DNA of 64,000 nt, from positions 1 through 64,000 of the forward strand of contig JBHLJY010000008.1 of the NCBI GenBank assembly GCA_048887225.1. Direction: 5' to 3'. Origin of the DNA: Candidatus Hodarchaeota archaeon (GTDB lineage: Archaea; Asgardarchaeota; Lokiarchaeia; Sigyniarchaeales; SOKP01). A program made the translations under genes and the position numbers. The notes beneath the pieces are model-generated. The model searched no databases. It saw only the letters and a list, made by a program, of their open reading frames with translations, and was not told where the DNA came from. Positions 19,685-30,175 of this stretch are shown here, one piece after another (position 1 is the first letter of the stretch; each line of letters begins with the position of its first letter).

Positions 19685-19900
19685 TTAACTCCCTCCGAAA
19701 AAAATTCTTGAAAGTAAATTAACTATAAAATCAAAATAATAAACAAAATAGAAGATAGCTATAAAAGTTATAATAAACTGTATTACAACACCTAAAGACT
19801 TTAGCATCATATCTTTATATGGCAATAATCTCACTTCTTCATTAATCTTTATAGCTTTTTCCCTATTGGATTTAACTTCTTTAACGTTTGTTTTTTCGAT
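19685..19900 (-). CDS. small C-terminally anchored membrane protein, not in the ORF track (start uncertain: ATC 19900, or ATG 19810)
   Basis: Stop-free frame IEKTNVKEVKSNREKAIKINEEVRLLPYKDMMLKSLGVVIQFIITFIAIFYFVYYFDFIVNLLSRIFFGGS*, ending 1 nt before the next start. Confidence 0.5.
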   Translation of the reverse strand: MEKTNVKEVKSNREKAIKINEEVRLLPYKDMMLKSLGVVIQFIITFIAIFYFVYYFDFIVNLLSRIFFGGS

Positions 19901-20068
19901 AAAAATTCACTAGAAAATAATCAATTTTAAACTTATTCAATAATAATGAGGATTTCAATATAAAAATATACAAAAATAAAAAGATAGGTAATATCGAACA
20001 GTTTTTATATATTCGAAAATTTACCTAAAACATTGTAATACCTAAATTAAATAATTTCCAATAAAAAA

Positions 20069-21172
20069 ATGCCAACATTAGGACATATATTTTACGGGCT
20101 TTGTCTTTTGATTCCGATTTTGTATTTTACAAAAAAAGAGGTTGGTTTCAACTATAAAGTCGCTTTTATTTTTATCATAAATAACATATTTGGACCCGAT
20201 ATCGTCGCATTATTCTTTATCACACCATTTCATAGTATTTTAGGCTTCCTTATACTCGCAATTCCCCTATCTTTAGTTTTTTCTTATTCTTCCAGATTTT
20301 CATTGATAAAATCTGGAAAAAAATTTTTTCCATTAAAATTCATAGATGAAGGAATTAGAGAAGTAAACTGGAAAAATGCTTATTATATAACGGCAGCTGG
20401 AGGCATATCCCATTTTTTTATTGATCAATTTTTTCATTGGGAAAAAGAAATGTGGATATGGCCAGGTATAAGTATTCACCATGATCAAATGCTCGCGTGG
20501 AGTGGAACTGCTTATCACGTTGTCACACCGTTAATGATCATAGGTGATATAATAGTTGTAACTACATTATTGCTTTCTCTCTACTTCTTGAGGAAAGGAG
20601 TTAAACAAACATTTATGTTATTACTGATAGCAAGTGGATTGCTGGTTTTTCTAATGCTTATAATATCAACATCAATTCTTATGGGTGAAAGAGAATATGC
20701 AGTGATAGTATTTGCTGTTGTATACATATTAATTCCTCTCTCTCTACTGATGTATGTTGCTCGCGATGTAAGAGATAATCCGAATAAAATTCCTGATGAA
20801 CCAAAAATCAATAGAAAATCACTTCTCTATATTGTTGCAACTATTACTATGGCTCTAGCGTTGTTTTTTATATTATATGCATTTCTCGCAATTAGTAATT
20901 CAAAATATATTGCCTCGATGATAGGTGAAAATCCAACACAAAGTACTGATGAAATAGCAACTTCAGTTGTAATCATTGGTTATTTTTTTCTTATTGTTTC
21001 AGTAATACTGTTCATTAGCTCAATAGGTTTATTCTTTAAAATAAACATTTGTCGCTATATTGTAATTGTAATTTGTTGCTACTTTCTTATCTTTGGATTT
21101 CCACTCGCAATTGCTCTATTCTTATGCGAGAAAGATGTAAAAGCTTTATTTGGTTTAGAATCAGAAGATTAA
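20069..21172 (+). CDS. multi-pass membrane protein, YdjM-like metal-dependent hydrolase
   Basis: MPTLGH, GPDI, PFHS, SHFFID motifs plus extra TM helices. Confidence 0.7.
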   Translation: MPTLGHIFYGLCLLIPILYFTKKEVGFNYKVAFIFIINNIFGPDIVALFFITPFHSILGFLILAIPLSLVFSYSSRFSLIKSGKKFFPLKFIDEGIREVNWKNAYYITAAGGISHFFIDQFFHWEKEMWIWPGISIHHDQMLAWSGTAYHVVTPLMIIGDIIVVTTLLLSLYFLRKGVKQTFMLLLIASGLLVFLMLIISTSILMGEREYAVIVFAVVYILIPLSLLMYVARDVRDNPNKIPDEPKINRKSLLYIVATITMALALFFILYAFLAISNSKYIASMIGENPTQSTDEIATSVVIIGYFFLIVSVILFISSIGLFFKINICRYIVIVICCYFLIFGFPLAIALFLCEKDVKALFGLESED

Positions 21173-21204
21173 TTTTAAATTATTTTTTTTATTTTTACAT
21201 TTTT

Positions 21205-22008
21205 TTAATCAAACTTGAATTCTTTTAATATTTCATCAACTGTATAATTTTTATGCACGATTTTTGCAATTGCTTTTACTAATTGTGTAGGATCCTTAGC
21301 TTGAAAAACATTCCTTCCAAAAGCTACTCCCGATCCTCCTGCTTGAATAGAATCATAGACCATTTGTAAGAGTTCGGGAATTGTGTCCATTTTTGGACCT
21401 CCAGCAATAATTACAGGAACATCAACGCTTTTAATGATATATTTATATGTGTCAATATCACCTGTATAATTTGTTTTTACGATATCTGCCCCAAGTTCGG
21501 CACCTACACGTACGGCAATATTTACAACCTCTGGATCGTGTTCATTTTTAATTTTTTTCCCTCTTGGATACATCATCGCTAGAAGTGGTAAGCCCCATTC
21601 TCTTGAAGCCTCGACAGCTTTATGAGCATCTTGAAGCATCTCTGGTTCGTCGTCTGCCCCAATATTAATATGAATTGAGCACGCATCAGCACCAATTTTT
21701 AAAGCCCTTTCTACAGAACATACTAAAACTTTCCTATTTGGGTCAGGAGCCAAATTAGTTGCTCCAGATAAATGAATTATCAATCCTATGTCTTTTCCAC
21801 TTTTTCGATGTCCGGCACCTACCATCCCTGAATGCATCAACACGGCATTTGCGCCACCAATAGCTACTTTGTCAACCATTTCAGCAACATTTTCTAGACC
21901 TTTGATTGTTCCAACACTCATACCATGATCCATCGGTATAATTATGGTTTTTTTTGTTTCTCGATTTATTATACGTTCAATTCTAATGCTCTTGCCAATA
22001 TTAGCCAT
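21205..22008 (-). CDS. class I aldolase, 2-amino-3,7-dideoxy-D-threo-hept-6-ulosonate synthase-like
   Basis: [35 protein letters not shown]. Confidence 0.88.
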   Translation of the reverse strand: MANIGKSIRIERIINRETKKTIIIPMDHGMSVGTIKGLENVAEMVDKVAIGGANAVLMHSGMVGAGHRKSGKDIGLIIHLSGATNLAPDPNRKVLVCSVERALKIGADACSIHINIGADDEPEMLQDAHKAVEASREWGLPLLAMMYPRGKKIKNEHDPEVVNIAVRVGAELGADIVKTNYTGDIDTYKYIIKSVDVPVIIAGGPKMDTIPELLQMVYDSIQAGGSGVAFGRNVFQAKDPTQLVKAIAKIVHKNYTVDEILKEFKFD

Positions 22009-22078
22009 TTTTTTCTCCTTATTTTTAAAGTTTAAAGTTATATGTATTTTAATTCTATTAAACTTTTTTATAAGGTCT

Positions 22079-23650
22079 TTACCAAGGTCTTTTTAAGAAT
22101 GAAGGTCTTGCTATTTTAGTTTTTTCAGGATGGTCTTCATTAAAATGAGTCCCTCTACTTTCTTTACGGCTCATAGCACACCTTATTATTATTTCAGCCA
22201 CCATTGATAAATTTCTTAATTCAACTAAGTTTTTATCGATTTGGTAATTCCAGTAGTAGTAATCGATTTCTTCTGAAAAAAGATTCATTCTTTTCAAAGC
22301 CCTTTTTAATCTCCTATCTGATCTGACAATTCCAACTAAATTTTGCATCGTTATTCTTATTTCGTCCCAATTTTGTGTAATAACAACTCCTTCTGTTGAT
22401 GGAATAGCGTCTCCTATTTCCCATTCTTCAAATTCTATAATCTTTCTGTCTTTGACTTCATTAGCGATCGTAGTTGCGCATTCATGCGCACACACAGCTC
22501 CTTCCAACAATGAATTACTAGCCAAGCGATTTGCCCCATGAAACCCTGTACATGCGGATTCACCAATAACAAATAAATTTTTTATACCAGTCTTTCCATC
22601 AATTCCTGCAACTACACCTCCACAACAATAATGTGCTGCGGGAACAACAGGAATAGCCTCCTTGGTTATATCTAAATTGAAATCTAAACAATTCTCGTAG
22701 ATCCTGGGAAAATGGCTTTTTATAAAGTCCGAATCTTTATATGAAGCAATATCTAATAAAACATAATCATCTCCAGATTTTTTTAACTCAGCATCTATAG
22801 CCCTTGAGACAATATCCCTTGGCGCCAATTCTTTTAAGGGATGATACTTTTCCATGAAAAAATTTCCCGATAAATCTTTTAATATAGCGCCTTCACCACG
22901 CATTGCTTCTGTAATTAAAAAATTTTTCGCAAAGGGATGGTAAAGACAAGTAGGGTGAAATTGAAAAAATTCCATGTTTGAAATCATAGCCCCAGCTCGA
23001 TATGCCATCGCTATTCCATCTCCCGAAGCGACATCTGGATTTGTAGTGTATAGATAGATTTTGCCAGCTCCTCCCGTAGCTAATATTGTAGCTTTAGCAG
23101 CAATATTGTGAATTTCTCCTGTAATCTGATTCATGACATAAGCACCATAACATTTAGAGTTTTTTGCATATAAGTTTACAGCACACCATCTCTCCTTAAT
23201 TTCTACATTTTTGCATTTCTTTACATTTTCAATTAATTTGGATTCAATACTTTGTCCAGTAAGATCGTTCACATGAAGAACTCTTCGCTCTGAATGACCA
23301 CCTTCTTTGCCTAGATCGTATTCTCCTTTTTCATTTCTCGTAAATTCAACCCCCAAATCAATTAATTCTTTTATCCGTTCAGGAGCTTGAGATACTATGT
23401 GTCTTACAAGTTTTTCATCACACAAACCATCTCCAGCAATTAAAGTATCTTGAATATGCTTTTCGGGGCTGTCATTTTCGTTCCAAACGCAAGCTATCCC
23501 ACCTTGTGCGTGAAATGTATTACAATCCTCTAATTTTTCTTTAGTTATTAACAAAATTTTATAATCTTTAGCTAAATTACTTAGTTTAATAGCTAATGAT
23601 AATCCCGAAATACCACCGCCGATTACTAAAATATCAGTCTTAAGCTTCAA
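22079..23650 (-). CDS. nadB: L-aspartate oxidase
   Basis: [46 protein letters not shown]. Confidence 0.93.
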   Translation of the reverse strand: MKLKTDILVIGGGISGLSLAIKLSNLAKDYKILLITKEKLEDCNTFHAQGGIACVWNENDSPEKHIQDTLIAGDGLCDEKLVRHIVSQAPERIKELIDLGVEFTRNEKGEYDLGKEGGHSERRVLHVNDLTGQSIESKLIENVKKCKNVEIKERWCAVNLYAKNSKCYGAYVMNQITGEIHNIAAKATILATGGAGKIYLYTTNPDVASGDGIAMAYRAGAMISNMEFFQFHPTCLYHPFAKNFLITEAMRGEGAILKDLSGNFFMEKYHPLKELAPRDIVSRAIDAELKKSGDDYVLLDIASYKDSDFIKSHFPRIYENCLDFNLDITKEAIPVVPAAHYCCGGVVAGIDGKTGIKNLFVIGESACTGFHGANRLASNSLLEGAVCAHECATTIANEVKDRKIIEFEEWEIGDAIPSTEGVVITQNWDEIRITMQNLVGIVRSDRRLKRALKRMNLFSEEIDYYYWNYQIDKNLVELRNLSMVAEIIIRCAMSRKESRGTHFNEDHPEKTKIARPSFLKRPW

Positions 23651-23752
23651 TAAAATCTCTTGCTATTTTATTTAATTTTTATCAAGAATTATTTTAAATA
23701 GAATTAATAAAAATTTTTTTTTAAATTAATGTATTTTTTCAATAGATAAGGT

Positions 23753-24250
23753 ATGGGTAATATAAAAAATGTTCTCTTTCTATGTAGTGGAAATACTTCA
23801 AGGAGTCCTGCGGCTGAGTATATCGCAAAATGGTTAAAAGAGACAAAATATAAGAAGGAGTTAAATAATGTATTTTTTGACTCTGCTGGGCTCTATAGCT
23901 ACTATAAAACTCCACAAGAGGGAACTATTAAATATCTAAAATCCAAAAATATTGATTACGGTGATTTTGAAGGAAAACAAATCAATGCTGATTTAATTAA
24001 AAAGCAAGATTTAATTTTAGGTTTCGAAGAAAAGTGGCATATCAGAAAACTTAAAAGGAGATTTAAGAATCTTAAAGAACTTAATAATAAAACTTTTTTA
24101 TTGTTAGATTTTGCTGGAGAAAGAGATAATTTAGAAATTCCTGATCCTATTAATTTTGAACCAGACGAGTATCATCAAGTTCTAAAGAGAATTGAAAATG
24201 CGGTAGAAAAAGTTTTAATAAAAATTATTGCGATTAATAAATCTTCATAG
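23753..24250 (+). CDS. low-molecular-weight protein-tyrosine/arginine phosphatase family, copy 1
   Basis: CSGNTSRS P-loop, DSAG, IPDP. Confidence 0.9.
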   Translation: MGNIKNVLFLCSGNTSRSPAAEYIAKWLKETKYKKELNNVFFDSAGLYSYYKTPQEGTIKYLKSKNIDYGDFEGKQINADLIKKQDLILGFEEKWHIRKLKRRFKNLKELNNKTFLLLDFAGERDNLEIPDPINFEPDEYHQVLKRIENAVEKVLIKIIAINKSS

Positions 24251-24254
24251 TGGG

Positions 24255-24752
24255 ATGGTTTTGAATAAAATTAAAAACGTCTTATTCGTATGTATGGGTA
24301 ATACTGCAAGAAGCCCCGCAGCAGAATATTTAGCAAAAGGTCTTAAAAAGAAATATAAAGATGAACTTAAAGGTGTTAATTTTGATAGTGCCGGCTTTTT
24401 TAATGCCTTTTCTTATATGCAATCTGAATCTAAAAATTACATAATCTCAAAAGGGATAGATGCTTCAGATTTTATCCCAAAAATAATCAGCAAGAGTTTA
24501 CTTGAAAAGCAAGATTTAATATTAACAATGGAGCAATTTCATTCCGAAGATATTGTTAGAAACTTTAATAATTTAGAAGATATCAATAAAAAGACCTTTA
24601 CCCTAAAGGAATTTGCTGGAGAAACAAGAAATTTAGATATATCTGATCCTTATTATACAAGTTCAAATAATTATGGGAGAATTCTAAAGATAATTGATGA
24701 AAACGTTAAAAAATCTATAAAAAAGATTATAGAAATAAATTCAATTAAATAA
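24255..24752 (+). CDS. LMW-PTP family, copy 2 (start moved to ATG 24255)
   Basis: CMGNTARS, DSAG, ISDPY; ATG start aligns with paralogs and removes the overlap. Confidence 0.9.
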   Translation: MVLNKIKNVLFVCMGNTARSPAAEYLAKGLKKKYKDELKGVNFDSAGFFNAFSYMQSESKNYIISKGIDASDFIPKIISKSLLEKQDLILTMEQFHSEDIVRNFNNLEDINKKTFTLKEFAGETRNLDISDPYYTSSNNYGRILKIIDENVKKSIKKIIEINSIK

Positions 24753-24766
24753 TAATATAAGAATAT

Positions 24767-25255
24767 ATGAATAAAATACAGAATGTCTTATTTATTTGTT
24801 ATGCGAACACGTGCAGAAGCCCTGGGGCAGAATATTTAGCTCGCTATTATGCTAAAAAATATAATTTAACAAATGTCTCATTTTCTTCAGCAGGTTGGCA
24901 TGATGCTTTTGACCACGCCCAACCAGAAACAATTAATTATATTAAAGATAAAGGAATTAATATGTCTGATTTTCGACCAGGTATTATTACAAGGGAGCTT
25001 ATTGAAAAAGCAGATCTTATAATTGGAATGGAAAGATATCAGTTAATTAAAGTAAGAAAAAAATTCAAGGATATTAAAGATAAACTAAAGGATAAAATGT
25101 ATACTTTAAAACAATTTAACGGAGCAAATGATTTTAACATCCCAGATCCATATATGACAGGTCTAGAAAATTACAATCGCATTCTACAAATTGTCGACGA
25201 AAATGTTGAGTTATTAATTAAAAAAATTATTAAAATTAACAAATCGCTTCTTTAA
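24767..25255 (+). CDS. LMW-PTP family, copy 3
   Basis: CYANTCRS, SSAG, IPDPY. Confidence 0.9.
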   Translation: MNKIQNVLFICYANTCRSPGAEYLARYYAKKYNLTNVSFSSAGWHDAFDHAQPETINYIKDKGINMSDFRPGIITRELIEKADLIIGMERYQLIKVRKKFKDIKDKLKDKMYTLKQFNGANDFNIPDPYMTGLENYNRILQIVDENVELLIKKIIKINKSLL

Positions 25256-26397
25256 ATTTCATTAAGTGTATAAGACTCCCAAAATTTTAACGCATTAATT
25301 ACTTCGGTCTTACCAACGAAGCCTATTATATTTTGATCTTCTCTTTCTTTAACAACTGCAATATAAGGTTTATTATCCATTTGTGTTAGTTTTTTCATCA
25401 CGTCTTTTCCTGTTTCTTCTTCAAAAACAATAGGAAATTTTGAGAGATTTTTCGCGACATCTCCCACAGTATACTCCGATCTTTTTTCAATTGGAATTTG
25501 TTTAATATCTTCTAAATGGAGGATTCCTATTATTTGGCCGACTTCTTTCACAACTGGAAAATAATATTGGTTAAAAACCATAAAATAATCTCTAATTGCG
25601 TCGATTAATGGTAAGTCGTACGGAAGTACAAATTTTCGTGCAGCACCTAAAATTTCTCTAACAGTGATAGTAGTTAACGCTACTTCATTTACAGTTTGAT
25701 AATAGGATTTCTTCGCTGCTGAATTCAAAAAAGATCCTATTAAAATAAGCCAAAATCCTCCAAATATTCCAATAAAAATCATCTGAATGAAACCCAAAAC
25801 CATTAGAGAATATCCAAAGAAGCTCCCAACTTTTGAAGCTGTCTTTGTTGCTGATAGCAAATTCTTTCTTCTATTCCATAAAAATGCTCTTAGCACTCTT
25901 CCTCCGTCCATAGGAAAAGCGGGTAACAAATTAAAAATTCCCAAGCCTATATTGGTAATCCCCGAATAAAATAATGTAACTAACAACCATGCGGGTAATA
26001 GTATTGGAGTTAGAAAAAATAATGCTAAAAAACTAGCACCGAAAATAAAACTTGAAATGGGGCCAATTATAGAAATCAATAATTCGCTTTTAGGTGTTTT
26101 TGGTTCTTCTTCCATTTTTGAAACTCCACCAAATAAATACAATTCAATCTCGGATACTTTAACATCGTAGCGTAAAGCCATAAGTGAATGACTAAGTTCG
26201 TGGATTAAAATAGATAAGAGAATTAAAATTCCATTAAGAAAAAAGACCAAAATAAGCTCTAATAATATCACTTCATGATTTGCTTGGCGAGCTAAATCAG
26301 TGTACAATATCACAGAGTAAAAACCAACTAAACCAACTATAAATAACGTAGAAAAGTGGAGCTTAATTTTAATGCCTTTTATTGTTCCTAATCTCAT
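25252..26397 (-). CDS. site-2 protease (M50) with CBS domains
   Basis: HELSH, FNLLPAFPMDGGR, C-terminal CBS pair. Confidence 0.93.
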   Translation of the reverse strand: MRLGTIKGIKIKLHFSTLFIVGLVGFYSVILYTDLARQANHEVILLELILVFFLNGILILLSILIHELSHSLMALRYDVKVSEIELYLFGGVSKMEEEPKTPKSELLISIIGPISSFIFGASFLALFFLTPILLPAWLLVTLFYSGITNIGLGIFNLLPAFPMDGGRVLRAFLWNRRKNLLSATKTASKVGSFFGYSLMVLGFIQMIFIGIFGGFWLILIGSFLNSAAKKSYYQTVNEVALTTITVREILGAARKFVLPYDLPLIDAIRDYFMVFNQYYFPVVKEVGQIIGILHLEDIKQIPIEKRSEYTVGDVAKNLSKFPIVFEEETGKDVMKKLTQMDNKPYIAVVKEREDQNIIGFVGKTEVINALKFWESYTLNEI

Positions 26398-26518
26398 ATT
26401 CTAAACATAAAAAATTAAATATTAAAGTCTTGGTATTATTAATCGAAAATCTTTGTTAATTTTTAGCTATAATTTGAAATTCTAAGTCTCAGACATCTTG
26501 AAATTTATAAATTTGGCT

Positions 26519-26552
26519 ATTTAGATCATCTCTTTTGATCATTTAGATCATC
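26519..26552. promoter_or_regulatory. 12-bp direct repeat ATTTAGATCATC with 22-bp period; candidate operator
   Basis: Exact copies at 26519-26530 and 26541-26552 in the divergent intergenic region. Confidence 0.4.
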
Positions 26553-26669
26553 GATTTTTATTTTTGGGAATTCAAATTTCGCTAAATTAATATAAAATTT
26601 TTAATTACCTTACACATCAATTTTTGAAATATAAAATAAACAGAAATCAAATCGAAAGGATAGAAAGAA

Positions 26670-27857
26670 ATGGTTGAAATAAAAAATGTATTATGCTTAG
26701 GAGCTGGTTTAATGGGAAACGGGATCGGACAAGTTGCGTTAATGGCAGGCTATAATGTTATTATGGTCGATATTAAAGACGAATTTGTTGATAAAGGTGT
26801 TGCCAAAATTGAAGATGGTTTGAAAAGACTCGAAGCTAAAGGAAAACTAGGCGAGGGGTTATCAGCAGCAGATGTGATGGCAAGATTAACAAAATCAATA
26901 GATTTGGCCTCCGCAGTAAAAGACGCTGACATTGTAATTGAAGCCGTCGTAGAGAATATGGAAGTTAAAAAGCAAGTATGTAAAACAACGATGGAAAATG
27001 GTCCTTCTCATGTTATTTTTGCTTCAAATACATCAACAATGAGTATCACAGAAATTGGTAAGGATTGCGGAGCACCTGATAGAGTTTGCGGAATGCATTT
27101 CTTTAACCCAGTACCATTAATGCGCTGTATAGAAGTCATTAAAGGTGCAGATACTTCTGATGCTACTTTTAATACAGCTATGGATGTAGCAAAATCATTA
27201 CCTTGCCTTAGAGGTGCAAGATATATTGCTCCTGTTTTAAAAGACAGACCTGGATTCATTGTTAATAGGTTAAACGCTCCCGTACAAATTTATTTGAGCT
27301 GGGCTTTTGATCAAGTTAAAGAAAAAGGACTTGCTTGGGAGCAGCTTGATGCTGATGCGGGTGGTAAAATGCCAATGCCTCCATGTGTTTTAACTGATTT
27401 TGTTGGTATTGATACCATGTATCATGTTATGAATTATTATGCTGAAACACTCTCACCAAATTTTAAACCTGGTAAAGTAATTACTGAAATGTATGAATCG
27501 GGTAATTTAGGGCAAAAAACAGGGAAAGGATTCTATGATTGGAGTCAAGGAAGAGACGCTATCATGGCTAAAATTAAAGCAGCTTCACCAGCCGGACTTT
27601 TTGACCTTAATAAGACTTTTGCGATTTTATTAAATGAAGGATGTCGTATTTTAGATGAGGGAATCGCAACAGGCTTTAAAATCATTGATGACGCGAATAT
27701 GGCTGGAATGAACGCGCCTGGTCCATTCAGTGCGGGCAAAAAGAACTTTGAAAAATGGTCTGAAATATTAGAAAAAATGGCTAACGAAATGGGCAAAGAC
27801 TACTTAAGACCTATTGAATTGATGAGATCAGGCGGTTTCGCTAAAATGCGAAAATAA
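26670..27857 (+). CDS. 3-hydroxyacyl-CoA dehydrogenase
   Basis: GAGLMGNGI, IEAVVE, SNTS, GMHFFNP, PGFIVNR, GQKTGKGFY. Confidence 0.95.
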   Translation: MVEIKNVLCLGAGLMGNGIGQVALMAGYNVIMVDIKDEFVDKGVAKIEDGLKRLEAKGKLGEGLSAADVMARLTKSIDLASAVKDADIVIEAVVENMEVKKQVCKTTMENGPSHVIFASNTSTMSITEIGKDCGAPDRVCGMHFFNPVPLMRCIEVIKGADTSDATFNTAMDVAKSLPCLRGARYIAPVLKDRPGFIVNRLNAPVQIYLSWAFDQVKEKGLAWEQLDADAGGKMPMPPCVLTDFVGIDTMYHVMNYYAETLSPNFKPGKVITEMYESGNLGQKTGKGFYDWSQGRDAIMAKIKAASPAGLFDLNKTFAILLNEGCRILDEGIATGFKIIDDANMAGMNAPGPFSAGKKNFEKWSEILEKMANEMGKDYLRPIELMRSGGFAKMRK

Positions 27858-27945
27858 GTTTTCAAAAAAATTTATTTTTTCTTTTTTTTTATACTAAATA
27901 TTCAAAAAATAGAATTTAAAAATCAGCAAAAAAAGGGATTAAAAA

Positions 27946-28899
27946 ATGGCTGAAACACTAAAAGTAGAGCATCTCAAAATAGAATGGCCTACAAAAGTAA
28001 ATGACAAAGGTGAAGTTGTTAGAGAAGGAACTATTGATGGAAATTATGCTGTTATTTCAATCAACCGCCCTGATAGATTAAATGCATTAACCGAACAGAC
28101 TGTCTCTGAAATTGCTCAAGCATTAAGGGTAATGGAACTGGATGGTTCTGTGCGTGCTGTCGTTCTACGAGGTACTAAAGAATTTACTAAAAAACCTGCC
28201 TTTTCTGCTGGTGCTGACCTAGCAGCAGCATTTCATAAAGAGTTAAGACCAAACGTACCAATGCACATGAGTATCGCAATGAGAATCAGACACCGTGATT
28301 ACGACGAATTTGAACAGTTTTCTAAACCACTCATCGCTGCTGTTGATGGTTTTGCCCTAGGTGGTGGTTGTGAAATAGTATTATGCTGCGATGTTGTTAT
28401 TGCATCTGATCGATCGCTCATTGGACTTCCAGAAATTAATCGTGGTATTTTCCCGGCTAATGGGGGTGTCACCAGAATGGCAGCGAGAATTGGGATTAAT
28501 AGAGCATTAAGAATGGCTATGTTTGGTGAACCTATTGATGCTCAAACAGCACTAGATTGGGGGTTAGCTACTTGGATCGCACCAGCAGGTGAAGAATTCG
28601 AAAAGCTTGTCCACGAAAAAGCTAAGTGGCTTGGTGGTGCACCAACAACAGCACTTTATATAATTAAGAAATGCGTTAAATTTGGAACTCGATATAAGGA
28701 ATTGGGGCTTATGATGGAACAATTTGGCTTTGGCGTTAATAGTGCTAGTTTTGATGCCAAAGAAGGCATAATGGCTTTCAACAGAAAAATTAAATGCCCC
28801 GTGTGCGGTGGAAAAGGAAAAATGGAAGATGGTAGCACTTGCGAAAATTGTAAAGGTAGAAGGAAAATAAGGGATTCACCTCACTATAAAGGTATATAA
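27946..28899 (+). CDS. enoyl-CoA hydratase/isomerase with C-terminal CxxCxGxG zinc finger
   Basis: NRPDRLNAL, AFSAGADL, ALGGGCE, LPEI; CPVCGGKG...CENCKG. Confidence 0.92.
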   Translation: MAETLKVEHLKIEWPTKVNDKGEVVREGTIDGNYAVISINRPDRLNALTEQTVSEIAQALRVMELDGSVRAVVLRGTKEFTKKPAFSAGADLAAAFHKELRPNVPMHMSIAMRIRHRDYDEFEQFSKPLIAAVDGFALGGGCEIVLCCDVVIASDRSLIGLPEINRGIFPANGGVTRMAARIGINRALRMAMFGEPIDAQTALDWGLATWIAPAGEEFEKLVHEKAKWLGGAPTTALYIIKKCVKFGTRYKELGLMMEQFGFGVNSASFDAKEGIMAFNRKIKCPVCGGKGKMEDGSTCENCKGRRKIRDSPHYKGI

Positions 28900-28997
28900 A
28901 TTAAATATTAAAATTTCTTATCAATTTTTTTTTCTTTTTTTACACACGTTATTCTTTTCAAAATAGTTAAATATAACTTTTTTTTTAACAAAGTTAG

Positions 28998-29558
28998 ATG
29001 CAAAATAGAGAGATAGTAGAGGCAATTAACGACAAAGATCTTTATTTAAGAAAAATTTCTTTGAGCGATTCTAAATTCTTTTTTACTTCATTAAAAGAGG
29101 AAGTGATATCTAAATTTTTATCCTTAGGTCCTTTGACTTCTCAGGAGCATTCTAAAAAATTAATAAAAAATTATTTAAAATATTGGGATAAACAAACTCA
29201 GTTCAATTATATTATAGAAATAAGAAAACAAAACAATATTGGCAATGATATAAAGAAAATAGGATCTGTAAGTATTTGGAATATTAGCTGGGTGCATAAA
29301 AGGGCTGAGGTTGGAATTTGGATTATTCCAAGATATTGGCACCAAGGCATGGCTGAAAAGGCTATAAATTTGATTAAAACTATAGCCTTTTATCATTTAA
29401 ATTTAAATCGTCTTGAAGCTCATATCGCAATTAATAATAAGGAATCAGTTAATCTTTTTAAGAAATGTAATTTTATCGAAGAAGGAATCTTAAAAAATTA
29501 TTTGAATTTGAGAGGAACTTTTACTAATGCAGTAATTTTGGCTTCATTAAGAAAATAG
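28998..29558 (+). CDS. GNAT acetyltransferase, RimJ/RimL family
   Basis: AEVGIWI.PRYWHQG, NKES..LFKKCNF.EEG. Confidence 0.9.
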   Translation: MQNREIVEAINDKDLYLRKISLSDSKFFFTSLKEEVISKFLSLGPLTSQEHSKKLIKNYLKYWDKQTQFNYIIEIRKQNNIGNDIKKIGSVSIWNISWVHKRAEVGIWIIPRYWHQGMAEKAINLIKTIAFYHLNLNRLEAHIAINNKESVNLFKKCNFIEEGILKNYLNLRGTFTNAVILASLRK

Positions 29559-29685
29559 AAAATACGTTAAATTTTTGAAAATTGTACAAATCCTTGAAAT
29601 AATAACTTTTTAAATTATAATAGCAATATTGATATATACAAGTAAAATAATTTATCTTAAAAATTTCTAAAAGGTAGATATAGTT

Positions 29686-30009
29686 ATGGGACGTAAGAGT
29701 GATCGCGATACTTTTATGAAATTTTTAGCAATTATAGGTGCTATATTAGTGATAATTGTAGCAATAATACACTTTATAGGATTTCCTAACTTAGTTTCCA
29801 TAGCTTACGGACTTATTTGGTTTGTTATAGGTTTAATAATTCTAATGAGCTGTTTTAAACCTGACAATCCTATTCCCTTCAATGAGGCTTTTATCCTTAT
29901 AATGGGGATTATTGTTCTAGTTTTGGGATTTGTAATGGGATTCAATATTATAGCTATAATTGCTGGAATTATAATAATTATTGGCGGCTTTATAGGAATG
30001 CTCACATAA
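29686..30009 (+). CDS. small 4-TM membrane protein
   Basis: Four hydrophobic helices; AGGT RBS-like sequence; T-tract downstream. Confidence 0.75.
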   Translation: MGRKSDRDTFMKFLAIIGAILVIIVAIIHFIGFPNLVSIAYGLIWFVIGLIILMSCFKPDNPIPFNEAFILIMGIIVLVLGFVMGFNIIAIIAGIIIIIGGFIGMLT

Positions 30010-30175
30010 AGCTTCTAAATAATTTTTTTTTTTAATTCATTTTATTACTACTCAAAGAGATAAATTAATAGATTTTAGATAAAAATATGGTATTATTGCT
30101 CTTAAATTCTTATACCATAATGCTATAGAAGCAGAAATTTTATCTTTAGGCATTTAGAATTATATCATAGTCAAA

